From Propionibacteriales bacterium (GTDB lineage Bacteria; Actinomycetota; Actinomycetes; Propionibacteriales; Nocardioidaceae), in assembly GCA_038259535.1 (NCBI GenBank), contig JBBSOR010000003.1, positions 10,946 through 74,945 of the forward strand: a DNA stretch of 64,000 nucleotides, in the 5' to 3' direction. Position numbers and translations under genes: made by a program. The notes below the pieces were generated by a model. That model was not told the origin of the DNA, made no database searches, and worked only from the letters and a program-made list of their open reading frames with translations. Shown here one piece after another: positions 11,534-20,571 of the stretch (position 1 is the first letter of the stretch; each line of letters starts with the position of its first letter).

Positions 11534-12594
11534 GTGAGTCCCTTCTCGAACTTCTCCTCGACGTGTGCGAGGTGGTACCAGGCCACGCTCGCGCCCCAGA
11601 CGAGGACGAACAGTGCCACCAGGCCGAAGCCGACGTATTCCAGGTCCATCCGGCCGGCCCAGGCCAGGGACGGGACCCACTCCGAGGCGAGCTGGACGAG
11701 CAGCAGGAGTCCGATGGAGAGCGCGACCGTGATGGAGAGGATCGTGACGGTGAAGTTGTAGTAGATCTTGCGGATCGGCTTGAGGAAGGCCCACGAGTAG
11801 GCGCGGCTCATCAGCACCCCGTCGAGGGAGTCGAAGAGGATCATGCCCGCGGCGAACAGCACCGGCAGGGTCATCACGGCATACCACGGCAGCGCGAACG
11901 CCGCGGTGCCGCCTGCCAGCACCAGGAGCGCGACCTGGGTGGCGGTGTCGAAGCCGAGCCCCATGAGCAGGCCGACCGGGTAGAGGTGTCGGGCGCGGGT
12001 CACGCGACGGGTGGTGCGCTTGAAGATGCGAGCCAGGAAGCCGCGATTGTGCAGGTGGTGCTCGAGCTGGTCCTCGTCGAAGGTGCCCGCACGCAGGTGG
12101 CGGTAGGCATGCACGATGCCGAGCAGTGCGCTGAGGTTCATCAGCCCGATGACGATGAGGAAGACGCCCGCGGTGACGGTCCCGACCGTGCCGAGGGTTC
12201 CCTGCAGCGCCGAGCCGTCGTCGCGCACGGGATCGGCCAGCGCACGTACGCCGACGGCGAGCAGCAGGCTGAGCCCGAAGACGACGCTGGAGTGGCCGAG
12301 CCCGAACCAGAACCCGGTCGCGGTGGCGGGAGACCCTTCGCCCACCAGCTTGCGGGTCGTGTTGTCGATCGCCGCGATGTGGTCGGCATCGAAGGCGTGG
12401 CGGGCGCCGAGCAGGAACGCAGCCACGCCCAGGCCGATCCCGAAGACGCCCGCACTGCCGACCTCGAACCGCTGCGGGGCGACGACCGCGATCAGCACGC
12501 CCCACCCGATGACGTTGAGGGTGAGCACGACCACGGCCATGGCGACGATGTGCCGTCGATCGGTCGGCGACCAGGAGCGGGAAGCGTTGTTCAC
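11530..12594 (-). CDS. HoxN/HupN/NixA nickel/cobalt transporter (NiCoT)
   Basis: Signatures RHAFDADHIAAID, FGLGHSSVV, GLGFDTAT. Confidence 0.93.
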   Translation of the reverse strand: MNNASRSWSPTDRRHIVAMAVVVLTLNVIGWGVLIAVVAPQRFEVGSAGVFGIGLGVAAFLLGARHAFDADHIAAIDNTTRKLVGEGSPATATGFWFGLGHSSVVFGLSLLLAVGVRALADPVRDDGSALQGTLGTVGTVTAGVFLIVIGLMNLSALLGIVHAYRHLRAGTFDEDQLEHHLHNRGFLARIFKRTTRRVTRARHLYPVGLLMGLGFDTATQVALLVLAGGTAAFALPWYAVMTLPVLFAAGMILFDSLDGVLMSRAYSWAFLKPIRKIYYNFTVTILSITVALSIGLLLLVQLASEWVPSLAWAGRMDLEYVGFGLVALFVLVWGASVAWYHLAHVEEKFEKGLT

Positions 12595-12606
12595 ACCTCG
12601 ATGCTA

Positions 12607-12623
12607 TTGCATGCGTGTTGCAA
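12607..12623. promoter_or_regulatory. Possible metal-regulator operator TTGCA-N7-TGCAA
   Basis: 17-bp inverted repeat 12 nt upstream of the NiCoT start. Confidence 0.35.
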
Positions 12624-12671
12624 CAGGCTCGGGGTGCCAGGAGGCCGTGGGCGCGTTGATAGCCTGCCGGG

Positions 12672-12920
12672 GTGACCCAGGACATGAGCGCGCTCGAGCG
12701 CGAGATCGAGGAGACGCGGCAGCGTCTCGCATCGACCATCGACCAGCTCGCGCACCGCGCCCACCCCAAGACCATCGTGGGACGACAGGTGACGACGATG
12801 AAGTCCCACTTCGTCGACCTGGACTCCGGTGCCCCCCGCACCGACAACATCCTCAAGGTCGCAGGGGCCGTCGTCGGTGCCCTCGTCCTGCTGGCCGTCG
12901 TCCGCAAGGTCGCCCGCTGA
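12672..12920 (+). CDS. DUF3618 family protein
   Basis: LEREIEETRQRLASTIDQLAHRAHPK plus a C-terminal TM segment. Confidence 0.85.
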   Translation: MTQDMSALEREIEETRQRLASTIDQLAHRAHPKTIVGRQVTTMKSHFVDLDSGAPRTDNILKVAGAVVGALVLLAVVRKVAR

Positions 12921-12949
12921 GCACCCCGGACAGGACCGCCCCGATCAAG

Positions 12950-13249
12950 ATGCTGCACGACCGCCTGCTCGTCGAGGTCGACAAGGAGGCGGGCGAGCGC
13001 CGTTCGACCGGCGGCATCGTCATCCCCGCCACGGCGGCGATGGGCGCGCGCCGCCTGGCGTGGTCTCGGGTGATCGCGGTCGGTCCGCACGCCCGGGCCG
13101 TCGAGGTCGGTGACCAGGTGCTCTTCGACCCCGAGGACAAGTCCGAGGTCGAGGTCCAGGGCGAGGTCTACGTCGTCATGCGTGAGCGTGACGTCCACGC
13201 GGTCGCCGCCGAGCGGCTCGAGGCCGGGTCCACCGGGCTCTACCTCTGA
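12950..13249 (+). CDS. Stand-alone GroES/Cpn10 family protein
   Basis: LHDRLLV, RSTGGIVIP, VEVGDQVLF, YVVMRERDV; no groEL nearby. Confidence 0.85.
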   Translation: MLHDRLLVEVDKEAGERRSTGGIVIPATAAMGARRLAWSRVIAVGPHARAVEVGDQVLFDPEDKSEVEVQGEVYVVMRERDVHAVAAERLEAGSTGLYL

Positions 13250-13268
13250 TGCCCGCGAAGGAGTGCTG

Positions 13269-14639
13269 ATGGCCTACCTCGTGAAGCAGTCGCACCGCGC
13301 CCCCGCGGTGACCGCACCCGTGCCGGTGGACGACTCGCTGCCGCGGGCCTGCGTGATCGGCGCCGGATCGTCGGGCATCGCGGCGGCCAAGAACCTCTAC
13401 CTGTCCGGCATCGGGTTCGACTGCTTCGAGAAGGGGAGCGACATCGGAGGCACGTGGGTCTTCGGCAACTCCAACGGCCAGTCCGCGTGCTACGACTCCC
13501 TCGAGATCAACACCTCGTGCCCGCGCATGGCCTACTCCGACTTCCCGATGCCCGAGGACTTCCCGGCCTATGCCCGCCACGACCAGGTCCACGACTACTT
13601 CGAGCAGTACGTCGACCACTTCGGCTTCCGCCACACGATCACCCTCGACACCACCGTCGAGGACGTCTCCCGCGCCCCCGACGGCCGCTGGGACGTGCGG
13701 ATCAGTGGGCCGGACGGCACCGAGACCCGGACCTACGACGCCGTCCTGGTCGCCAACGGCCACCACTGGGACCCCCGCTGGCCCGACCCGGCCTACCCGG
13801 GCACCTTCGACGGCGAGCAGATCCACGCCCACGCCTACAGCTCCGGTGACCAGCTCGCGGGCCGAGACGTGGTCGTCGTCGGCGCCGGCAACTCGGCCAT
13901 GGACATCGCGGTCGAGGCCTCCTTCCGGGCTCGGACGACGACCTGGTCGGTGCGCCGCACCGAGTGGGTGCTGCGCAAGTTCTTCCTGGGCAAGCCGAGC
14001 GACCAGGTGGCGCTCCCGGGCTGGCTCCCGTGGTGGGTCACCGCCTTCCGCCTGTGGATCGGTGCCACGGCCGCCGGCAGCATGACGAAGTACGGCCTGC
14101 CCGCCCCCTCCCACCGGCCCGGACAGTCCCACCCGGTGCAGTCGGAGCGGATCCGCGAGCGCCTCGACGCCGGCGCGATGACCGCGCGGCCGGGCATCGA
14201 GCGCCTCGACGGCGACCGGGTGGTGTTCGTCGACGGCACCAGCGCTCCGGCGGACCTCATCGTGTGGGCCACGGGCTACCACGTGAGCTTCCCCTTCCTG
14301 TCTCCTGAGCTCCTCGCCGCGCGCGACAACGACCTGCCGCTGTGGAAGCGCGCGGTGCACCCCGGCCTCCCGGGCCTCTACTTCCTCGGCCTCCTGCAAC
14401 CCATCGGTGCGGTGATGCCGCTCGCCGAGGCCCAGGCGAAGTGGATCGCCGAGACCCTCGCCGGTCACTATGTCCCCCCGTCCGACTCCGTGGTCCGACG
14501 CCAGATGGCGGCCGACCACGAGCGCGACACCCAGCAGTTCTACGCCTCGCCCCGGCACACCATGGAGGTCGACTTCGACCACTACCTGTGGGACCTCGAG
14601 CGCGAGCGCAAGAAGGGACGAGCCCGTGCTTCGTCGTAG
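13269..14639 (+). CDS. Flavin-containing monooxygenase (FMO family)
   Basis: VIGAGSSG, FDGEQIHAHAY (FxGxxxHxxxY), VVGAGNSA, WATGY. Confidence 0.9.
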   Translation: MAYLVKQSHRAPAVTAPVPVDDSLPRACVIGAGSSGIAAAKNLYLSGIGFDCFEKGSDIGGTWVFGNSNGQSACYDSLEINTSCPRMAYSDFPMPEDFPAYARHDQVHDYFEQYVDHFGFRHTITLDTTVEDVSRAPDGRWDVRISGPDGTETRTYDAVLVANGHHWDPRWPDPAYPGTFDGEQIHAHAYSSGDQLAGRDVVVVGAGNSAMDIAVEASFRARTTTWSVRRTEWVLRKFFLGKPSDQVALPGWLPWWVTAFRLWIGATAAGSMTKYGLPAPSHRPGQSHPVQSERIRERLDAGAMTARPGIERLDGDRVVFVDGTSAPADLIVWATGYHVSFPFLSPELLAARDNDLPLWKRAVHPGLPGLYFLGLLQPIGAVMPLAEAQAKWIAETLAGHYVPPSDSVVRRQMAADHERDTQQFYASPRHTMEVDFDHYLWDLERERKKGRARASS

Positions 14640-15198
14640 ATTCGCCCGGCTCGTCCTGCGCGCCGTCCGCTGGAAGCTGGTCGGGGAGGTCCCCGAGCGC
14701 GGCGTGCTCGTGGGCGCGCCGCACACCTCCAACTGGGACTGGGTGCTCACCATGCTGCTGGCCTGGTCCTACGGCATCACGATCCGGCTCCTGGTCAAGC
14801 GCGAGCTCTTCGTCGGCCCGCTGGGCTGGCTGCTGCGTCGCACCGGCGCGGTGGAGCTGGACCGCACGAACCCCGGCCGGACGATCAAGGAGCTGCTGGC
14901 CGAGTCCGAGGGCGGCGACCCGTGGCTGATCGGTCTCGCCGCCGAGGGCACCCGCTCGCGCGGGGACTACTGGAAGTCCGGCTTCTACCGGATCGCCCAG
15001 CAGACCGGCCTCTCGATCACCCTGGCCTTCATCGATGCCCCGTCGCGCACGGTCGGCTGGGGCCCGACCTTCCATCCCACCGGCGACGTCGCTGCCGACA
15101 TGGACCTCATCCGCGCCTTCTACGCCGACAAGACCGGCATCAAGCCGGAGAACTTCACGCCCCCTCGCCTGCGCGAGGAGCGCCGCAACGACGCGTGA
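14626..15198 (+). CDS. 1-acyl-sn-glycerol-3-phosphate acyltransferase family protein
   Basis: PHTSNWD (HX4D), AEGTR, WKSGFY. Confidence 0.88.
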   Translation: MLRRRFARLVLRAVRWKLVGEVPERGVLVGAPHTSNWDWVLTMLLAWSYGITIRLLVKRELFVGPLGWLLRRTGAVELDRTNPGRTIKELLAESEGGDPWLIGLAAEGTRSRGDYWKSGFYRIAQQTGLSITLAFIDAPSRTVGWGPTFHPTGDVAADMDLIRAFYADKTGIKPENFTPPRLREERRNDA

Positions 15199-15282
15199 GT
15201 CACGCCCTCCCAAAGGGTGTGATCGATTTCCCGCCGATGCTCGCGATGGCTACGTTGAGGGTCCAATCGAAGGGAGCATGTC

Positions 15283-15429
15283 ATGGCGTTGTTGCTGTGG
15301 ATCCTTGCCGTCATCCTCGTGGTGTCCGGCATCGTCTCGCTGGTCCGAGGCCAGATGTTGTGGGGCATCGTCCTCATCATCGTCGGCCTGCTCGTCGGCC
15401 CCGGTGGGGTCAGCCTGTTCACCAAGTAG
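15283..15429 (+). CDS. GPGG-motif small membrane protein (48 aa)
   Basis: MALLLWILAVILVVSGIVSLVRGQMLWGIVLIIVGLLVGPGGVSLFTK; SD AAGGGAG; below the ORF-track length cutoff. Confidence 0.85.
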   Translation: MALLLWILAVILVVSGIVSLVRGQMLWGIVLIIVGLLVGPGGVSLFTK

Positions 15430-15451
15430 GACTGCCCGAGCGCAGGCACCA

Positions 15452-15483
15452 CCGAGAGCCGGTCCTTGCGGACCGGCTCTCGG
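15452..15483. terminator. Perfect 14-bp hairpin, probable terminator
   Basis: CCGAGAGCCGGTCC-TTGC-GGACCGGCTCTCGG directly after the GPGG gene. Confidence 0.7.
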
Positions 15484-15759
15484 CCTGTCGACGCCCCGGG
15501 GGGATGGGGCGCCGCGTCCCCCATGCGCTGGATCTATGCCGGGCGCACGGAGGGGAGCTCGCGCGTGCGGACCACTCCCGCGGCAGGGGGGTGGGCGAAC
15601 GGGAGCTCAGCCGTCGCGCACACCGCAACGGCGTGTCTGTCGACAGTCACTTCCGGAACCCCGATTCGCGCGTCTGAAAGAAGTCGCTACCGGGTCCGGG
15701 GTGGCATCTCCCAGTGAACCACCACGGTCGAAGGAACAACAGGGGTGCGGGCGAGAATG

Positions 15760-16488
15760 TCACGGACGCGTGAGCTCGGGCAGGCTGTCCGCGTCCGTGG
15801 TGATGGTGAGGGCCACGTCGCTCAGCATGAGACCGCGCTCGCGACAATAGGTGCGCATCCGGGTGAAGGCCTCGTCCGGGCTCTCGTCGTGGAGGTGGGC
15901 GAGATACCCCTTGGCCTGCTCCACCACGATGCGGCTGTTCAGGGCGAACTGCAGCTGTCCGGTGAGCTGCTCGCCCCGAGAGATGGAGCGCGCCTGCAGG
16001 AGGGCGATGGTCGCGACGTCGGCCACGGCCTGGACGACCCGGACGTCGGCATCGTCCATCTCCCCGGCATCCGGGCCGAACATGTTCAGGGCGCCGATGA
16101 CGTCTCCCCGGAGTCGCAGGGGGAAGGCGTGGACGGCCTTGATTCCGGCCGCGACAGCGTGCGGTGCGAACTGCGGCCACCTGTCGCGGACCTCCTGCAG
16201 ATCCGCGACGATGACAGGTAGGCCGTCGCGGAAGCAGTCCTGGCAAGGGCCTTCCTCGGTCTGAGCCTGGAAGAGCTCGAGCATCCCGGCGCGCTCGTCG
16301 GACGCGGCCATGAGCCGGAGTCGGCCGCGCTGGTCGGCCAGCATCAGGCCGCAGATCCGGGCGGCCACCAGGTCCGAGGCGTGGGTCGTGACCCGCTGGA
16401 GGAAGTCGATGAGGTCGAACTCGTCGACGAGGGTGTCGGCAACATCGATGAGGACTGCCGCCAACCGGTCGGAATCGATGCTCGTCAT
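15760..16488 (-). CDS. GAF and ANTAR domain protein
   Basis: ADTLVDEFDLIDFL, EGPCQDC, ALNSRIVVEQAKG...AFTRMRTY. Confidence 0.92.
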   Translation of the reverse strand: MTSIDSDRLAAVLIDVADTLVDEFDLIDFLQRVTTHASDLVAARICGLMLADQRGRLRLMAASDERAGMLELFQAQTEEGPCQDCFRDGLPVIVADLQEVRDRWPQFAPHAVAAGIKAVHAFPLRLRGDVIGALNMFGPDAGEMDDADVRVVQAVADVATIALLQARSISRGEQLTGQLQFALNSRIVVEQAKGYLAHLHDESPDEAFTRMRTYCRERGLMLSDVALTITTDADSLPELTRP

Positions 16489-16566
16489 TGGTGGGTCGTT
16501 CCCTTCACCGGAAGCTGAGCCAGACGCGGCGCTGCGGTGCTGCTCGGTGAGCCGGCGAGGTGGTCG

Positions 16567-17292
16567 TCACGTGTCCGACTCCAAGGTCAGTTTACGCTCG
16601 ATGACCTCTCGGGCAACGTCGACTGCGCGCTGCCCGTGGGCGAACGTGTAGGCCCGCAGCCTGCTCAGGGCCTCCTCGTCACTGATGTCGAGCTGGGCCA
16701 TCAGCATGCCCTGGGCCTGGTACACCTCGAAGCGGTTGCCGTCGATGTCGTCGAAGAGGTCGGCGGCCGACCGAGTCCCTGCACCGGCGTCCAGCAGGAG
16801 CCTCTGCATCGCCACCTCGGCGAAGGTGAGGGCCGTCGAGAGGGTGCCGAGCGTCAGGACACCCGGGCGGTCGCGATAGACGTCCATGGCGCCGAGGTGC
16901 GCGGCTCCGACCTGGAGCGGGAACGCGAACACCGCGCGTACGCCGAGCGCGTGGGCGGCAGGGGCGTAGCCGGTCCAGGTGGTGGCGGCCGTCTTGCTGA
17001 GGTCGGGAACGAGGACCGGGTGGCGCGAGGTGCAGGCATCGAGGCAGGGTCCTTCGCCGAGCACGAACTGGAGCTCCTCGACCGGGACGAGCGCCTCGCT
17101 GGAGGTGGCGATGGCGAGCGGGGCGTTCCCCTGCGTCAGGAGGCTGATGCCGACCCCCATCGCCGGCAGGTCCCTGGCCGCGGTCCGACACACGCGCTGC
17201 AACCACCCGGCCAGGGCCGACCTGTCCCCGAGGGTCTCGGCCTCGCCCGCGATGAGTGTCCGCACGCGGGCCATCCGGTCCACGGATGTCAT
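16567..17292 (-). CDS. GAF and ANTAR domain protein
   Basis: ELQFVLGEGPCLDA, VYQAQGMLMAQL...ALSRLRAY; SD AGGAGG. Confidence 0.9.
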   Translation of the reverse strand: MTSVDRMARVRTLIAGEAETLGDRSALAGWLQRVCRTAARDLPAMGVGISLLTQGNAPLAIATSSEALVPVEELQFVLGEGPCLDACTSRHPVLVPDLSKTAATTWTGYAPAAHALGVRAVFAFPLQVGAAHLGAMDVYRDRPGVLTLGTLSTALTFAEVAMQRLLLDAGAGTRSAADLFDDIDGNRFEVYQAQGMLMAQLDISDEEALSRLRAYTFAHGQRAVDVAREVIERKLTLESDT

Positions 17293-17389
17293 CGATTGCC
17301 TCCTGCGCCGGCGCGTCCCCCAAGGGTCGCCGGGTCCAGGACGACAGGCCGCCACCGTACTGGGGAGCGGCCTGCCCGCACAACGAACA

Positions 17390-17419
17390 AGCCCCTCGAC
17401 CCGTTGCCGGTGAGGGGCT
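17390..17419 (-). terminator. Hairpin downstream of tRNA-Lys
   Basis: AGCCCCTC...GAGGGGCT inverted repeat followed by a T-rich tract on the minus strand. Confidence 0.6.
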
Positions 17420-17423
17420 GTCG

Positions 17424-17496
<73 letters not shown>

Positions 17497-17629
17497 GTGG
17501 TGAAGCGAGTGGAACTTTATCAGCGGGTGACGTCCATCAACAATCGGGGCCGTGCGGAGTGCGGAACGGCGCCCACGCCCGGGCCAATGGCTCGGTCGTG
17601 GGCGCCGTCCTCACGCGAGAGGGGTGTGG

Positions 17630-19393
17630 TCAGCCGGCGTGGCCGTCGACCAGGTCCTTGCCCCGTCCGCCCTTGACGTTGTCCTTGCCGGGGCCACCGG
17701 TCAGGGTGTCCTCACCACGGTTGCCACGGATGCGGTCGTCGCCGCCACCGCCACGGACGGTGTCGTCGCCGCCACCCGCGACGACGCGGTCGGGACCGGT
17801 GCCGCCCTTGATGGTGTCGTCGCCACCACGCCCCTTGATCACGTCGGCACCGCTGCCGCCCTTGATCTTGTCGTCGCCCGAGCGACCGAGCAGGGTGTCG
17901 TCGCCACGACCGCCCACGACCTTGTCGTCGCCGCCGCCGGTCCGGATCGTGTCGTTCCCGCCGCCGCCGCAGACGACGTCGTCACCGCCCAAAGAGGAGA
18001 TGATGTCTGCGCCGGCCGTGCCGAGGATGACGTCCCTGCCCGCGGTGCCGGTCGTGACCACGCCTGGCTTGGCGACGATCGTGACGGCCTCGCCGGCGCA
18101 CGACCCGGGGAGGGCGGTCACCGTGACGGCGAACGTGCCGGTGGTGGCCCGCCCCTGCGCGTCGGTGGCGGTGCAGGTGACCGTCGTGGTGCCGACTGCG
18201 AACGTGGATCCCGAGGGCGGGGTGCAGGTCACCGGGAGCGGCTGGTTGTTGCCGTCCTTGGCCGAGGCGGCGTAGCTCACGACGGCACCGTCGGAGGTGG
18301 CCGCGGCCTGGGTCACTGACGCGGGCAGCGCCAGGGTCGGCTTGGTGCCGAGGCCGCCGAAGTTGACGACCGCGTTGGCCTGGTCCTGGCTCATGCAGGC
18401 GGACGGAGCGTGGGCGGCGATGGCGGCCGCGGCGGTCGCGGCTCCGGCCTGCGTCCCCCGCAGGACCGTGTAGGTGAGGATGGACTTGGTCTGTCCAGGA
18501 GCGAGGCTGACCTGATAGGTCCAGAACGGGTTGTCGTCGCCGTCGGCGAAGTTCGACTCGATCACGGTCGACTGGGCACCGTCACCCTGGAGCACGTGCC
18601 CGATGCGGGGGTCGCTGGAGGTGGTGCCGGACCAGTTCTGGAAGGTGCCGACCCACGAGTCCGAGGTGTCCACCGTGGTGTCCCCACCCGAGCTGGCGAA
18701 GATGCGGGTGTTGGCGTCGGAGCCGAGGTTGTTGTCGATGTAGAGGGTGGCCGTGGTGGTCGCGGCGGAGGTGTTGGTGACCGTGTTGGCCCAGCGGGCG
18801 TAGCCGGCGTCGGCGGGCACGAAGACCTGGCGCGACACCGTGAGGTCTCCGTTGACCTGCGCGGGGTAGTCCAGGGCGCGGCCGTCGCAGCTCGCGGTGG
18901 GCTCGGCGCCGAGCCGGTTGTAACGCAGGGCCGCGACGGGCGCCTGGGCGGTGGAGCCGCGCGTGACGGGCGGGACCGGCGGGGGAACGGTGCCGACGAA
19001 CGTCGACAGCGTGTTGTAGCCGTCGAAGGCGTCGTTGAGCGTCGTGCTGGTGGTGCCACCGCTGGCCGTCGAGGCCACCACGGGGTCCTGGAAGCTCGCC
19101 TCGGACGCGGCGCCGCTGGCACTGCTGGTGGTGCTGAAGGTGATGTTGGTATTGAGGTACCAGGTGGCGCCGACACCGTCGACGAGGTTCACCGAACCGG
19201 TGGCCTGGGCCACCGAGCCGTCCCCGACCACCGAGCCCTGCGAGACCTGCTTGCCCCCGGCGAACTTGTCCTCGTCCGCCGACGACGGCGAGGCCGCGAT
19301 CAGCGCAGTGGCGGGCAGCGAGATCGCGCAGATGGTGGCGATGCTGAGCAGCGTCGAGCGACGACGGCGCTCCTGGGCGGGGCGACGGGGCAT
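17630..19393 (-). CDS. Secreted protein with HYR domain and C-terminal RTX-type Ca2+-binding nonapeptide repeats
   Basis: Sec-type signal peptide; CTPPSGSTFAVGTTTVTCTATD (HYR); many GGxGxDxI repeats. Confidence 0.85.
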   Translation of the reverse strand: MPRRPAQERRRRSTLLSIATICAISLPATALIAASPSSADEDKFAGGKQVSQGSVVGDGSVAQATGSVNLVDGVGATWYLNTNITFSTTSSASGAASEASFQDPVVASTASGGTTSTTLNDAFDGYNTLSTFVGTVPPPVPPVTRGSTAQAPVAALRYNRLGAEPTASCDGRALDYPAQVNGDLTVSRQVFVPADAGYARWANTVTNTSAATTTATLYIDNNLGSDANTRIFASSGGDTTVDTSDSWVGTFQNWSGTTSSDPRIGHVLQGDGAQSTVIESNFADGDDNPFWTYQVSLAPGQTKSILTYTVLRGTQAGAATAAAAIAAHAPSACMSQDQANAVVNFGGLGTKPTLALPASVTQAAATSDGAVVSYAASAKDGNNQPLPVTCTPPSGSTFAVGTTTVTCTATDAQGRATTGTFAVTVTALPGSCAGEAVTIVAKPGVVTTGTAGRDVILGTAGADIISSLGGDDVVCGGGGNDTIRTGGGDDKVVGGRGDDTLLGRSGDDKIKGGSGADVIKGRGGDDTIKGGTGPDRVVAGGGDDTVRGGGGDDRIRGNRGEDTLTGGPGKDNVKGGRGKDLVDGHAG

Positions 19394-19488
19394 GGGTGAG
19401 CCTTCCGGGGGTGGGAGAGTGCGAGACAGTGAGCCCGAGACGCGCTGCCGCTGGTGCGGTCAGCGCTCAAAGTCTGGCACCGCTGCCG

Positions 19489-20571
19489 TCACCGCGTGGG
19501 GGTTTTGAGCACGAACCAGCCGTCGGTGTCAGCCTGCTGCCACCGGATCCCCACGAGCCGCGCGCCCTCCACGATCGCGATCGCGTGCACCTCTCCTGAA
19601 CCGGCCTCCACGGTGAGGGTGTGCTCGACGACACCGGTCTCGACGTTCACCACGGCCAGCCCGTGTCGCGCCCCGGCGGGCGGGTCGAGCGCCACGGGGA
19701 GTGCGGCGTAGGGACCCTCGTCCGGGGGCACAGTGCAGCCCACCACGGCTCGGTCGGCGACGAAGGCCAGGCCGCGCGCCAGGCCGGGCAGCTCGACCAC
19801 CGACGTGGCGGTGCCGTCGTGGCGGTCGATCCGGAGCAGCTCCCCCGTCCCCCCGTTGGTGACGTAGAGCTGGCCGTCGTGCAGACGCGGCGAGCACGGG
19901 AGGGACAGACCCCGGGCCAGCACGGTTGCGGTGCGTAGGTCGACCACGACGCCGCTGTGGGCGAGGTCCGCCAGCCAGCCGGCGGGGTCGTCGGTCTCCG
20001 CGGCGCACGTCAGGTAGGCCGGCTCGCCGTCGTCGACGGCGAGCCCCGTGACATGGCACCGCTCCTCGGCGACGTCCTCGGACACGAAAGGCGCCCGGGC
20101 GACCAGGTCAAAGTTGAGCGAGTCCCCGATGGTCGCGACGCCGTTGCACAGCGCGGTCGTGAACAGCACACGTCCACTGCCGTCGACGGCGACATCGCGC
20201 ACCCCGACGAAGCCCGTGGTGTGGGAGACCTGGTTGAAGAGCAGCCGGTCCTCGCCGCCGGGTCCTCGGCCCCCGTCCAGTGCGTCGTGCAGCTCGTGCA
20301 GCTGCCACCGGCTGGCGACGTGCAACGTGCCGTCAGGCCCGGCCGCAAGGCCCATCACGATGTCGAAGCGCAGCTCTGTGACCACCAGCCGCGAGCCGTC
20401 CAGGCCGATCGTCAGCAGCTTGTCCCCGGTGCTCACCACGACGCTGGACCCGGACGCCGCCAGCCACTCCACGAACCCCGCCGACGGGGTGGCGTTGATC
20501 GAGGAGACGGCCACCAGGCCGGGGCCCACGGGTGACGGTGAGACCGGAGTCGGCCACTGCGGCCCGGTCAT
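19489..20571 (-). CDS. DUF4915/TIGR03032 family paralog (divergent)
   Basis: ERCHVTGLA, LSLPCSPRLH, PGLARGL; ATGA overlap with the upstream paralog. Confidence 0.8.
   Translation of the reverse strand: MTGPQWPTPVSPSPVGPGLVAVSSINATPSAGFVEWLAASGSSVVVSTGDKLLTIGLDGSRLVVTELRFDIVMGLAAGPDGTLHVASRWQLHELHDALDGGRGPGGEDRLLFNQVSHTTGFVGVRDVAVDGSGRVLFTTALCNGVATIGDSLNFDLVARAPFVSEDVAEERCHVTGLAVDDGEPAYLTCAAETDDPAGWLADLAHSGVVVDLRTATVLARGLSLPCSPRLHDGQLYVTNGGTGELLRIDRHDGTATSVVELPGLARGLAFVADRAVVGCTVPPDEGPYAALPVALDPPAGARHGLAVVNVETGVVEHTLTVEAGSGEVHAIAIVEGARLVGIRWQQADTDGWFVLKTPTR

Noticed and set aside
15656-15678. ECF sigma promoter GGAAC...GTCT
   Set aside because: The spacer is only about 12 nt and there is no downstream plus-strand gene
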